Shown: positions 9,734-19,527, numbered from the stretch's first letter. The stretch: DNA of 64,000 nt from Woeseiaceae bacterium (GCA_030066655.1 JASJBE010000003.1:2032-66031), one strand, 5' to 3'. Translations and numbers: made by a program. Notes: generated by a model from the sequence alone, not told the origin.

Positions 9734-10579
9734 TTATTCTCCTGCTGCGAGCGTCGCTTCAGGCGCCGCTATTGATTCGTTGTTTGCGTAGCGCTGTTTT
9801 GCGCCTGAGCGTGTGTCGAGCCATGCCTGGTAGGCGTCGGGTTCGACGACCTCTACGACGACCGGCATGTAGCCGTGGTCCTTACCGCAGAGCTCGGTGC
9901 ACTTGCCGCGGTAGGTGCCAACCTGTTCTGCGCGGAACCAGGTCTCGTTGATGATGCCGGGAATCGCGTCCTTCTTGATCGCGAGTTCCGGGACCCACCA
10001 CGAGTGGATCACGTCGTTGGCCGTGATCAGTAGCCGGACCTTCGCGCCGACCGGCACGACCATCGGCTCGTCGACGTCCAGCAGGTAGTTGTCGACGCTG
10101 AAGGGATCAATGCCGGAGTCCAGGCGGCGGGCTTTGACGCTTTCCTCGGCCAGGTTCGAGTAGAAGCCGACGTCCTCGTTCTGGTAGCGGTAGTGCCACT
10201 TCCACTGGTAGCCGGTGACGACGATCGACATGTCGGGATCTCGTGAATCCTCGAGCTTGATCATCGTCTCGGCGGCTGGAATCGCCATCAGCAGCAGGAT
10301 CACGCAGGGAATGGCCGTCCAGACCACTTCGGCCGTCGTGCTGTGCGAGAAGTTGGCCGGCTTGGCGCCTTTCGACTGCCGGTGCATGATCAGCGAATAG
10401 ATCATGACGCCGAAGACGACGACCCCGATACCGACGCACACCCAGAAGATCAGCATGTGCAGGTCGTAGGTCTCGGCGCTGAGCTCCGTCACACCTCTCG
10501 GCATGTTCAGCGCCCAGTCGGCGCGCGCAACACCACCAAAGACCAGCAATGCCAGTCCCAGAAAAGATTTGCGTATCAT
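9734..10579 (-). CDS. coxB: Cytochrome c oxidase subunit II (no fused cytochrome c domain)
   Basis: CuA ligands HSWWVPELAIKKDAIPG ... CTELCGKDHGYM. I prefer ATG 10579 (MIRKSFLGLALLVFGGVARA signal-like N-terminus) over the track start 10678. Confidence 0.9.
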   Translation of the reverse strand: MIRKSFLGLALLVFGGVARADWALNMPRGVTELSAETYDLHMLIFWVCVGIGVVVFGVMIYSLIMHRQSKGAKPANFSHSTTAEVVWTAIPCVILLLMAIPAAETMIKLEDSRDPDMSIVVTGYQWKWHYRYQNEDVGFYSNLAEESVKARRLDSGIDPFSVDNYLLDVDEPMVVPVGAKVRLLITANDVIHSWWVPELAIKKDAIPGIINETWFRAEQVGTYRGKCTELCGKDHGYMPVVVEVVEPDAYQAWLDTRSGAKQRYANNESIAAPEATLAAGE

Positions 10580-10930
10580 TGTATTTTTCACCCGTCGGCC
10601 CCTATCCATGGCCGTTTCCCTTATAGATTTTTCCCGCTGCGCCACCTGCACGAATGCCCGACGTGCCCTGTAAACCACGTCAGAAAAATCGAAAAATCAG
10701 ATGGCAGAATCGAAACAACACGAGCGACAGGCGTCTTTCACATATCACCTTAAACTGCGTGCTATGCCCCTGCCGAATCCACCCCACAGCGAGGAACTAA
10801 GAGCCTACTAAAGTCGCGGAAAGCAGGCAATGCCGGCCTTCCGCTATTTACGGCCTTTTCTTGCTTGATTTACAGGGGCTTAAACGGATTTCCCGCGAAC
10901 CGACTCAAATCATTCGGCGGGTCATGAAAT

Positions 10931-11782
10931 TTAGCGCCGCCGGACCGGTATCCTGCCGGCGTCGATTCGGACGTCGTCGCGACTCTGGCCGCTGCCCCAG
11001 GCATGCCCGTAGACGATCTCGAGCTCAACCGTGAACGCGCTGCCGAGGCGCTTAAGCACGGTTTCGAACTGGCGTCTGCCGAGCAGCGTGCGCCTTCTCG
11101 CCGCGAGCGCGTTGCGGGCGCCGGTCGCTGCCAGGTCATCGAACAGCGACTGCGCCGACGAATAGTCGATCGTGAGCCGGTCGACATCCAGCACGGGGTC
11201 GCGGAGCCCCGCCCTGACCAGGCCGTCGCCAATATCATGCATATCGGGGAAGACATTGATGCGCGGGTCGGCGCCAGCGCTGTCGAACGCGTCCGCCACG
11301 GTCTTCAGCGAATCCGGACCCAGCGCCGAGAAGATGAACGGGGCATCCTTTTTCAGGACCCTCGCAACCTCGCCGAACACCGTGTCCGGGTCCTCGATCC
11401 ACGGCAGCAGCAGGTTGGAAAACACCAGCGCCGCCGAGTGATCGGGGATCGGCAGCGCCTTCGCATCCGCCTGCACCGCGTGGACCTTTGAGAATAGGCG
11501 CCGTTTGGCGCTTACCCGCCGGGCCATGCCTTCGGACGCGTCTATCGCGACGACGCGAGACTTACGATAGCGCCGTGCGAGTTCGAACGCTGCGCTGCCG
11601 GTCGCAGACCCAAGATCCAGCATCAGTCCGGGCGACACCTCCATCGGCTCCAGGCGTTCGAGCAGGCCGCCACGGACGTGTGCGTGGGCGAAATCGGCCG
11701 AGTCGAAACCGTTGGCGGCCCGGTCGAAGCGACGCTGAACGTCGTTCAGCCGAATCTCTGCGTGATGGGGAGTCTCTTGCAC
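10931..11782 (-). CDS. Class I SAM-dependent methyltransferase, BioC-like
   Basis: VQRRFDRAANGFDSADF...LDLGSATG...VVAIDASEGM resembles the BioC N-terminus and SAM motif I. The GTG 11782 start is chosen to avoid the Arg-rich extension. Assignment to biotin synthesis is not proven. Confidence 0.6.
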   Translation of the reverse strand: MQETPHHAEIRLNDVQRRFDRAANGFDSADFAHAHVRGGLLERLEPMEVSPGLMLDLGSATGSAAFELARRYRKSRVVAIDASEGMARRVSAKRRLFSKVHAVQADAKALPIPDHSAALVFSNLLLPWIEDPDTVFGEVARVLKKDAPFIFSALGPDSLKTVADAFDSAGADPRINVFPDMHDIGDGLVRAGLRDPVLDVDRLTIDYSSAQSLFDDLAATGARNALAARRRTLLGRRQFETVLKRLGSAFTVELEIVYGHAWGSGQSRDDVRIDAGRIPVRRR

Positions 11783-11865
11783 GGGCAGGCAATGTACACG
11801 TTCCTGCAACAAACGCCGAGTATCTCCGCTCGGATCCTTTACGGTTCGGCCGCGATACTTTGCGG

Positions 11866-12576
11866 ATGTCGCTGTTCGAACATGGGCGATGGGTGGCCGG
11901 GGCGCTGCTCGACGCGTTCCTGCCGCCATCCTGCCCTTTCTGCGGGCTGGACGTCGAGCGTCTGGGCGCCTGTGGCGGGTGTCTCGACGACCTGCCGTGG
12001 AATCGCGTCGCCTGTCGTCGCTGCGCCAAGCCGCTCGCGACGGACGAGACCTTGTGCGCCGAATGCCAGCGTCGGCCTCCTCCGTTCGTCACGGCGATCG
12101 CACCGCTTCGTTACGACTTCCCGGTTGATGTTGCGCTGAAGGCCGTCAAGTTTCGGGCGAGGTCCTACTACCTGCCGGTCTTTGCGGGCCTGCTGTGTGA
12201 AGCATCCGAAGCGCTGCCGACGAACGTCGATGCCGTGTTGCCGATGCCGATGCACTGGCGCCGCTGGGCGATGCGCGGGTTCAACCAGGCGGTCGAACTG
12301 GCCAGGCCCTTAGCGAAGCACCTGGACGTTCCGCTCATCTCGAGCGTGAGTCGCGTTCGCCACACCGCGTTCCAGTCAGGGCTGGATACGCGAGCGAGGC
12401 GTTCGAACCTGGCCGGTGCGTTTCAATTGACGAAGGCAATAAGCGCCGCACACGTACTGATCGTTGACGATGTCATGACGACCGGCCACAGCTGTCGCAG
12501 CCTCGCACTCACGTTGAGGCGTGCCGGCGTGCGCGAGGTCAGTGTGCTGGTCGCCGCGAGGGCCGGCGGTGTTTAA
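11866..12576 (+). CDS. comF: ComF family protein (phosphoribosyltransferase-like)
   Basis: ATG 11866 lies within track ORF 11488..12576. It has an N-terminal Cys4 zinc finger (CPFCG...CGGC...CRRC...CAEC) and the C-terminal PRTase motif VLIVDDVMTTG. Confidence 0.8.
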   Translation: MSLFEHGRWVAGALLDAFLPPSCPFCGLDVERLGACGGCLDDLPWNRVACRRCAKPLATDETLCAECQRRPPPFVTAIAPLRYDFPVDVALKAVKFRARSYYLPVFAGLLCEASEALPTNVDAVLPMPMHWRRWAMRGFNQAVELARPLAKHLDVPLISSVSRVRHTAFQSGLDTRARRSNLAGAFQLTKAISAAHVLIVDDVMTTGHSCRSLALTLRRAGVREVSVLVAARAGGV

Positions 12577-12578
12577 GT

Positions 12579-13472
12579 TCAGCCGGACGGGGCCAGCGCG
12601 TAGTGCAGCGCGATGCCGATGAAGACAACCATGCCGATGTAGTGGTTGTGCAGGAAGGCCTTGAAGCAACCGTCCCGCTCGCGATCCTTCGCCAGCCGCT
12701 GGTGATAGACCATCATGCCGGCGGCAACGATAAGCGACAGGAAGTACCAGAAACCGAGACCGACCTGAGTTCCAATCAGCGTCAGGGCGAGCAGCATGAC
12801 GACCTGCAAAACGCCAATGATGAACAGGTCGGCGTCACCGAACAGGATCGCCGTGGATTTGACGCCAATCTTCAGGTCGTCTTCGCGGTCCACCATCGCA
12901 TAAAAGGTGTCATAGATGACGGCCCAGACCAGCGCCGCGCCAAACATCAGCCACGCCACGCGCGGCGTATCACCGGTCGAAGCAGCAAAAGCCATCGGCA
13001 CCGCCCAGCCGAATGCGGCGCCGAGGATGAACTGCGGCACAGACACGTAGCGCTTGATGAACGGATAAACGAGCGTCAGTACCGCGGCGACGATTGTCAG
13101 GAGCTGCGCCTGTCGGTTCAGCATGGAGGCGAGGCCGATCGCGATCAGCGCGAGCGCTACAAACAGCGTCAGCGCCTCGGCAGGCGACACGGCACCCGAC
13201 GCGATCGGCCGGGACCGCGTTCGCTCGACGTAGGGGTCGATGTTCCGGTCCACGTAATCGTTCAGCACACAGCCGGCCGACCGCATGACGATGACGCCAA
13301 CGACGAAGATCGCGAACAGCCCCTCGCTGGGGTTGCCGTCGCTCGCGACCCACAGCGCCCAAAGCGTCGGCCAGAGCAGCAGGTAAATGCCAACAGGCCG
13401 GTCAATGCGGATCAGCTTGCCGTAGTTCGACAGCTGCGCCACCAGGTCGTCTAAGAGTCTGCCGGATGCCAT
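12579..13472 (-). CDS. ubiA: 4-hydroxybenzoate polyprenyltransferase
   Basis: NDYVDRNIDPYVERTRSRP and the second Asp-rich region YAMVDREDD in a polytopic membrane protein. Confidence 0.9.
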   Translation of the reverse strand: MASGRLLDDLVAQLSNYGKLIRIDRPVGIYLLLWPTLWALWVASDGNPSEGLFAIFVVGVIVMRSAGCVLNDYVDRNIDPYVERTRSRPIASGAVSPAEALTLFVALALIAIGLASMLNRQAQLLTIVAAVLTLVYPFIKRYVSVPQFILGAAFGWAVPMAFAASTGDTPRVAWLMFGAALVWAVIYDTFYAMVDREDDLKIGVKSTAILFGDADLFIIGVLQVVMLLALTLIGTQVGLGFWYFLSLIVAAGMMVYHQRLAKDRERDGCFKAFLHNHYIGMVVFIGIALHYALAPSG

Positions 13473-13659
13473 TCGCCGGAGGCTACCAGATGCAGGCCGG
13501 CGGTGGGGCTAGTTTCTGGCGACTACCTCACCGGATCGGACTCAAAAGCGTCAGAGATTGATCGAGCGGCAGCTATACTGCAGTACGTGGATCCTTGATC
13601 GTCGCGTGAACGAGTTTCCGGTCTTGATCGATGGCCGACACCGTTGAGATTGCTTGGTT

Positions 13660-14190
13660 TCAGCGAATGATCTGGGTAAGAAGCTGGTATAGCTCGCCGA
13701 TAAGACCGGTCCCGGCGATGAGGATACCGAGCGTACCGATTGCACGACCTGCGACGAAACGGCGGGCAAAATCCGAGCCTCCGACAACGAGGAAGTACAT
13801 CGTCAGCCCAAGGACCAACAAAGCAATTGTCACGATAACTCCGGAAATGACGTAACTGATGAGCAGCCCAATCAACCAGCTCGCTTCAGGTCCACGGTCG
13901 AGCAGCTGGTAGATCATTTTCGCGATGTAGATCGCTGTCAGAATATAAAAGCCAGTCCGGAGCACGCGCGAAAGGAAAAGACCGAGCGATCGCTCCATCA
14001 TTAACTCGCTGCTGGATTGGTCTGATCGCAGTTCTCGCATGGGTGCAGACAGCTGCTCGATCTGCTGGGTAAGGTACGCCGCTAACCTCGGGAACCTGAC
14101 TTCAATTAACGCCAACGTCAACCCGATTAGCTCGAGGGGAAATGTCACATACTGCAAACCATCGGCTACTGTCTCGTTAAAAAAATCCAT
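13660..14190 (-). CDS. Orphan membrane protein (about 4 TM), unknown function
   Basis: The 176-aa ORF lies in a low-GC islet and is hydrophobic (LIGLLISYVISGVIVTIALLVLGLTMYFLVVG, AIGTLGILIAGTGLIG). I recognise no family. Confidence 0.5.
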   Translation of the reverse strand: MDFFNETVADGLQYVTFPLELIGLTLALIEVRFPRLAAYLTQQIEQLSAPMRELRSDQSSSELMMERSLGLFLSRVLRTGFYILTAIYIAKMIYQLLDRGPEASWLIGLLISYVISGVIVTIALLVLGLTMYFLVVGGSDFARRFVAGRAIGTLGILIAGTGLIGELYQLLTQIIR

Positions 14191-14321
14191 GAGTCCTTTC
14201 TACAGCAAAAGACGATTACTCGTGAGTACGATCAAGACAAGCGCGCGCTGAACAATTCTGATCAGGGTATGGACGGGTCCGCTTTTGGCCGCAATCAGCA
14301 GTGCAAGCGTTTTGAGGTAGG

Positions 14322-14381
14322 ATGACTCCTACTGACACTTTGCGGACGCCAACTGAGAGAATGAATCGCATCAGTTCATGA
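14322..14381 (+). CDS. Candidate 19-aa upstream ORF translationally coupled to the 61-aa membrane protein
   Basis: GAGGTAGG lies immediately 5' of ATG 14322. The product is MTPTDTLRTPTERMNRISS. TGA 14379-14381 overlaps ATG 14378 of the next ORF (ATGA). Speculative. Confidence 0.25.
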   Translation: MTPTDTLRTPTERMNRISS

Positions 14382-14563
14382 TTGGTTTACTGATTACCGT
14401 TAACCTCTTGTCGATGCTGATCTGCTATCAGATTGCGAAGTCGCGCAAAGCAGATCGTTGGTATTGGCTTTTTGCGGGCTTACTTTTCGGGCCGCTCGCC
14501 ATTCCCTTCGTTTTGTTCGCAGGTCCGAACCAACAAAGAAGGAAAAAGAACGACGGATATTGA
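14378..14563 (+). CDS. Small two-TM membrane protein (PLD-nuclease N-terminal-like WxxxxFGPLA motif)
   Basis: The 61-aa product contains WYWLFAGLLFGPLAIPFVLFAG followed by a basic tail QQRRKKNDGY. No Shine-Dalgarno sequence of its own is visible. Confidence 0.4.
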   Translation: MIGLLITVNLLSMLICYQIAKSRKADRWYWLFAGLLFGPLAIPFVLFAGPNQQRRKKNDGY

Positions 14564-14818
14564 CCATCTGAAAGTTGCGGTCGCGAAGCGAGATCATGCC
14601 ATGCTCGAGCGACCGCATGTGGCATTTACGGACCGTCACAACCTCCCCAAAGCGGTCGCTAGAGTGGCTGGTATTCGAAAACGAGGACCGTAACCGTCCG
14701 ACGCTTTCAATTACACAAAACTTGCATGAGCATGGTGAGGAATCTAGCCCAAAGGCCAGGATTTCTCACACTTTTCGATTATCAGAAACCAACGGCCAGA
14801 AGGTCGCCATTGTGACGA

Positions 14819-16894
14819 TCACACCTTGACGTAACGGTCGGCCTCGCCGAGCCAGCGTCGAATAATCGCTCGGCTGATGTCTTCCGAGTCGCGCAAGGCA
14901 CTGGCTGCTCGCTGGACCTTCGGCATCAGTTCGGCATCCCGCGACAGGTCGGCGATGCGGTAGTCCGGCAATCCGGTCTGTCGTGTGCCGAGCAGTTCGC
15001 CGGGTCCGCGCAGCTCGAGATCCCGCTGTGCGACGACGAATCCGTCATTGGTTTGTCGCAAGACCGACAGCCGGCTCTTGGCCATCTCGCCAAGCGGCTG
15101 CTTGTACATCAGCACGCAGTGCGACTGCTCGGCGCCGCGCCCGACGCGGCCGCGTAGCTGGTGGAGCTGTGACAGGCCCATGCGCTCAGCGTTTTCGATG
15201 ATCATCAGGCTCGCATTCGGGACGTCGACCCCGACCTCGATCACGGTCGTCGCGACCAAGAGCTGGATCGTACCTTCCTTGAACGCGCGCATGCCGCGTT
15301 CCTTCTCGGCGGCCTTCATGCGGCCGTGCACGAGTCCTACCCGCACATCGGGAAGCTGCTCGGTCAACATCTCGTAGCTGGCCTCCGCTGCCTCGAAATC
15401 CAGCACCTCCGATTCCTCGATCAGCGGGCAGACCCAGTAGGCCTGCTTGTTCTCGGCGCAGGCGGACCGGACGCGCTGTACGACTTCGTCGCGCCGCGAG
15501 TCCGGCACGGCGATCGTCGTGACCGGCTGTCTGCCCGGCGGCAGCTCGTCGATGATCGATGTGTCGAGATCCGCGTAAGCCGCCATCGCCAATGTTCGCG
15601 GAATCGGCGTGGCCGTCATGACGAGCTGGTGTGGCTGTCCGAGCTCTGTCGCGCCTTTGTCCCTGAGGGCCATTCTCTGGTGAACGCCAAAGCGATGTTG
15701 CTCATCGATGACGACAAGGCCCAACGCATCGAAGCTGACACCCTCCTGGAACAGCGCGTGGGTGCCGACGGCGACGGTTGCGCGGCCGTCCGCAATCCGC
15801 GCAAGGGACTCGCGCCGGTCAGCCGCCTTCTGGCTGCCGGCTAGCCACACCGGCTCTATTCCAAGCGGGCGGAACCAGTCGCTGAACGAGCGGAAGTGCT
15901 GTTCAGCAAGCAGCTCGGTTGGCGCCATGATGGCGGCCTGCACGCCGGACGCGACCGCTTGCAGACACGCGATGGCGGCGACGACGGTCTTGCCCGACCC
16001 GACGTCGCCCTGGATCAGGCGCATCATCGGGTGGTCGCGCTGAAGATCGTCGCGAATCTCACCGACCACGCGCTGCTGTGCGCCGGTCAGCGTGAACGGC
16101 AACGAGTCGAGAAACTCGTCGATGATCGTGGCCTTCCCGGCCAACGGCGGCGCCGGTTGCCGGTTCGCGAGCGCGCGAACGTTTTGCAGGCTCAGGTAAT
16201 GCGCCAGCAGCTCCTCGAAGGCCAGCCGGCGCTGGCAGCGGTGCGTGCCGGACACGAGCTGCTCGACGTCGGCATCGGGCTGCGGGCGATGCAGGTAGTG
16301 GATCGCGTCAACAAGCGACGGCATGTCGAGCTCGTCGCGCAACGAGGCGGGCAGCAGTTCCTGCGGCGGGGTTTTACTCAGCAGCTTGAGGGCCTGGTCG
16401 GTCAGGTTGCGCAGCCGCCCCTGCTGTACGCCCTCGGTGGCGGGATAGATCGCTGTCAGCGTATCCCTGGTGCCGGGCCCTTCGTCGTCGCGGAGCAGGC
16501 GGTACTCGGGGTGAATCATTTCCAGCCCGCCGCTGCCCTTTCGAACCTCGCCAAAACAGGACACCCGTCTGCCGGTCCTGAACTGCTGTTTCTGGCTGTT
16601 GGAAAAATAGAAAAAGCGCAGCGTCAGCTGACCGGTCCCATCGGATATGCGAACCAGCAGGTTGCGCCTGCCTCGGTACGCCGTCTCTGCGAGCAGGACC
16701 TCTCCGTTGACGAGGCAACGTTCACCGGGCCGTATCGACCCGATCTTGTGTAACTTCGTCCTGTCTTCATAACGGTTCGGCAGGAAAAACAGCAGGTCTT
16801 CGACCCGGTACAGGTTCAGCTTCTCGAGCTTCTTCGCGAGAGCGGGCCCGACACCGGGCAGCGATGTCAGCTCGGATTCGAGTTCAGTGCTCAC
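14819..16894 (-). CDS. recG: ATP-dependent DNA helicase RecG
   Basis: Walker A GDVGSGKT, DEQH box VIDEQHRFGV, wedge domain N-terminus; 691 aa. Confidence 0.95.
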   Translation of the reverse strand: MSTELESELTSLPGVGPALAKKLEKLNLYRVEDLLFFLPNRYEDRTKLHKIGSIRPGERCLVNGEVLLAETAYRGRRNLLVRISDGTGQLTLRFFYFSNSQKQQFRTGRRVSCFGEVRKGSGGLEMIHPEYRLLRDDEGPGTRDTLTAIYPATEGVQQGRLRNLTDQALKLLSKTPPQELLPASLRDELDMPSLVDAIHYLHRPQPDADVEQLVSGTHRCQRRLAFEELLAHYLSLQNVRALANRQPAPPLAGKATIIDEFLDSLPFTLTGAQQRVVGEIRDDLQRDHPMMRLIQGDVGSGKTVVAAIACLQAVASGVQAAIMAPTELLAEQHFRSFSDWFRPLGIEPVWLAGSQKAADRRESLARIADGRATVAVGTHALFQEGVSFDALGLVVIDEQHRFGVHQRMALRDKGATELGQPHQLVMTATPIPRTLAMAAYADLDTSIIDELPPGRQPVTTIAVPDSRRDEVVQRVRSACAENKQAYWVCPLIEESEVLDFEAAEASYEMLTEQLPDVRVGLVHGRMKAAEKERGMRAFKEGTIQLLVATTVIEVGVDVPNASLMIIENAERMGLSQLHQLRGRVGRGAEQSHCVLMYKQPLGEMAKSRLSVLRQTNDGFVVAQRDLELRGPGELLGTRQTGLPDYRIADLSRDAELMPKVQRAASALRDSEDISRAIIRRWLGEADRYVKV

Positions 16895-16924
16895 GAAAGG
16901 CGTTGTGACGCGGGCCGGCGTGCC

Positions 16925-17308
16925 TCAGCGAAGGGACAGGATCGCGTCTGCCTCCACGTCTACACCCTTCGGCAGTGACGCGACGCCGACCGCGGCGCGA
17001 GCAGGATACGGCTCGCTAAAATAATCCTGCATGACGGCGTTGACCGTGGCGAAATTATCGAGGTCGGTCAAAAAGACCGTGATTTTGACCGCATGATCGA
17101 GCGTAGCGCCGGCTGCCTCCGCGACGGCCTTCAGGTTGTCGAAAACCTGTCGCGCACGCGCCTCGAAGTCGCCGTCGACGACCTGCATCGTTGCCGGGTC
17201 CAGCGGGATCTGCCCCGACAGGAACAGCAGCTTGCCGGCCTTGACCGCCTGCGAATAGGTGCCAATGGCTTCCGGCGCGTAGCGCGTGTGTATGGGTTTC
17301 TTTTTCAT
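16925..17308 (-). CDS. ridA: RidA family reactive-intermediate deaminase (YjgF/TdcF)
   Basis: The 127-aa protein shows the YjgF/RidA pattern (APEAIGTYSQAV...GQIPLDP...VKITVFLTD...PARAAVGVASLPKG). Confidence 0.85.
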   Translation of the reverse strand: MKKKPIHTRYAPEAIGTYSQAVKAGKLLFLSGQIPLDPATMQVVDGDFEARARQVFDNLKAVAEAAGATLDHAVKITVFLTDLDNFATVNAVMQDYFSEPYPARAAVGVASLPKGVDVEADAILSLR

Positions 17309-17336
17309 TGATTATTCGGACCTTTACTGTGTGCTA

Positions 17337-17371
17337 CTAGCAGCATGTTGACGACGTCAACATGCTGCTAG
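17337..17371. repeat. Perfect 35-bp palindrome at the spoT stop codon
   Basis: ctagcagcatgttgacg-a-cgtcaacatgctgctag has 17-nt arms with no mismatch. The spoT TAG (17370-17368) lies in the arm, and no T-run follows on either strand. Confidence 0.9.
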
Positions 17372-19527
17372 GCGCAGTCTCGCGACACGCGAATGACATT
17401 CGGCATGCGGTGGACTCGGCGTATGATCCTCGCGAGGTGCGCGCGATCCTTGACGAGGATCAGGAACGACAGGACTGAACAATCATCCTGCCGACCGAGC
17501 ACTTCGACTTGTTCGATATTCGAGTCCGAGTCTCCGATCGTCGCCGCCACTTCGGCGAGTACGCCGGGCTTGTTGATCGTGTCGACGCTAATCGCTGACT
17601 GGAAGTCGCCGTCGATGTTGTTTTCCCAGCTCACCGATATCCATTTCTCGGAGTGCTTGCGGAAGTTTCTCAGGTTGCCGCAGGACGTGCGATGCACGAC
17701 GATGCCGCGGCCGCTGCTCATGTAGCCCATGATGTCGTCGCCGGGGATCGGGTAACAGCACTTGGCGTACGAGACGACCATGCCTTCAGTGCCGGCGATC
17801 TCGAGGCTCGCCTTTTTTTGTGTTTCCAGCGAATCGTCATCGCCATCGCCGACGAGGAACCGCGCGGTCAGCGGCGCGAGTCGCTCGCCGAGACCGATCT
17901 GTTCGAACAGCTCGGCCTGGTTGTTCAGCCCGAGCGTATCGAGCGCTTCCTTCATTCGAACCTTGCCAACCTTGCGGATCGACGAGCCCAGGTCTTTCAG
18001 CGTCCGATCGAGCAGCCGCCGCCCGAGGTCAATCGACTCGGTCGAGCGCAGCCGTCGCATGTAGCCGCGTATCGCGTTCCTCGCCTTCGCCGTCCTGACA
18101 AAGCTCAGCCAGTTCGGGTTCGGCTTTGCACTCCTGGACGTGACGACTTCGACGGTGACGCCGTTGGACAGCTCGCTGCGCAACGGCACGAGACGGCGAT
18201 CGACCTTGGCCGCCACTGTCTTGTTGCCGATGTCGGTGTGCACGGCGTAAGCAAAGTCCACCGTCGTCGAGCCCTTCGGCAGCGGCATGATGTCGCCCTT
18301 CGGCGTGAAGACATAGATCTTGTCCGGGAACAGGTCGACCTTGACGCTTTCGAGGAACTCCTCGGACGAGCCCGTGTTCTGCAGTTCCGCGAGGTTGGCC
18401 AGCCATTCACGCGCGCGACGCTGCGGCGCCGCGTCCGAACGGTCGATGGCTTTGTACTGCCAGTGCGAGGCCACGCCGGACTCGGCGACGCGGTCCATGT
18501 CGCGGGTCCTGATCTGTACTTCGATCGGCATGCCCTTGGGCCCGAACAGCGTCGTGTGCAGCGACTGGTAGCCGTTCATTCGCGGAATGGCGATGTAGTC
18601 CTTGAAGCGACCCGGCATCGGCTTGTACAGGCTGTGTACGAGCCCGACGACCTTGTAACACTCATGGACATCGTCGACGATGATCCTGAATCCGAAGACG
18701 TCAACGATGTCCTTCAGCGTGAGCTTCTTCTCCTCCATCTTCTTGTAGATGCCGTAGAGGTGTTTCTCTCGACCCAGCACCTCACCGTTGATGCCTTCCT
18801 GGTTCAGGGTGGCGCCGAATTCCTGGGAGATCCGGTTCACGATCTGCCGCTGACTGCCTTTTGAGCGGCTGAGCGCCTTGGCGATGACTTTGTAGCGCAG
18901 CGGGTACAGGTACTTGAAGCCCAGGTCCTCGAGCTCGACCTTCATTCGGTGGATACCCAGCCTGTTCGCGATGGGGGCGTAGATGTCCAGCGTTTCGCGC
19001 GCGATGCGACGCCGCTTTTCCGCCGGCATGCCGCCTAAGGTTTTCATGTTGTGCAGGCGGTCCGACAGCTTGACGAGGATGACGCGAATATCGCCAATCA
19101 TCGCGAGCATCATCTTCCGGAAGCTCTCAGCCTGTGCCTCGGCGCGGCTCTTGAACTGGATCTGGTCCAGCTTGCTGACGCCGTCGACAAGCATCGCGAC
19201 CTCTTCGCCGAACTTATCGGTGATGTCGGTTAGCTCGTAGTCCGTGTCTTCTACAACGTCGTGCAGCAGGGCCGCCTGTATGGCCTGCGAGTCGAGGCGC
19301 ATCTCGGCCAGTGCCTGCGCGACGGCGACCGGGTGCGTGATGTACGGCTCGCCGGTTTTTCGGAACTGTCCTTCGTGCGCGTCGCGGCCGAGCTCGTACG
19401 CTTCGACGATCGCCTGGACACGATCCTCGGCCAGGTATTCACCGGCGGTGGCCACCAGTTGCCGCATGCCGTGATCGCGCTTCGACGCGCCGGGCAGCAT
19501 TGACAACAGGTTGGCGGTGTACTCCAT
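17368..19527 (-). CDS. spoT: Bifunctional (p)ppGpp synthetase/hydrolase
   Basis: HD hydrolase motif LLHDVVEDT, RelA/SpoT synthetase domain, TGS and ACT regions. It lies downstream of rpoZ. Confidence 0.93.
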   Translation of the reverse strand: MEYTANLLSMLPGASKRDHGMRQLVATAGEYLAEDRVQAIVEAYELGRDAHEGQFRKTGEPYITHPVAVAQALAEMRLDSQAIQAALLHDVVEDTDYELTDITDKFGEEVAMLVDGVSKLDQIQFKSRAEAQAESFRKMMLAMIGDIRVILVKLSDRLHNMKTLGGMPAEKRRRIARETLDIYAPIANRLGIHRMKVELEDLGFKYLYPLRYKVIAKALSRSKGSQRQIVNRISQEFGATLNQEGINGEVLGREKHLYGIYKKMEEKKLTLKDIVDVFGFRIIVDDVHECYKVVGLVHSLYKPMPGRFKDYIAIPRMNGYQSLHTTLFGPKGMPIEVQIRTRDMDRVAESGVASHWQYKAIDRSDAAPQRRAREWLANLAELQNTGSSEEFLESVKVDLFPDKIYVFTPKGDIMPLPKGSTTVDFAYAVHTDIGNKTVAAKVDRRLVPLRSELSNGVTVEVVTSRSAKPNPNWLSFVRTAKARNAIRGYMRRLRSTESIDLGRRLLDRTLKDLGSSIRKVGKVRMKEALDTLGLNNQAELFEQIGLGERLAPLTARFLVGDGDDDSLETQKKASLEIAGTEGMVVSYAKCCYPIPGDDIMGYMSSGRGIVVHRTSCGNLRNFRKHSEKWISVSWENNIDGDFQSAISVDTINKPGVLAEVAATIGDSDSNIEQVEVLGRQDDCSVLSFLILVKDRAHLARIIRRVHRMPNVIRVSRDCA

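Noticed and set aside
13835-14829. Shared AIVTITP peptide / attgtSacgatMac nucleotide similarity at 13835-13855 and 14805-14825, considered as possible islet-bounding repeats
   Set aside because: Only about 17/21 nt match. One copy is inside the 176-aa ORF on its antisense strand. There is no extended flanking similarity, which is consistent with chance.
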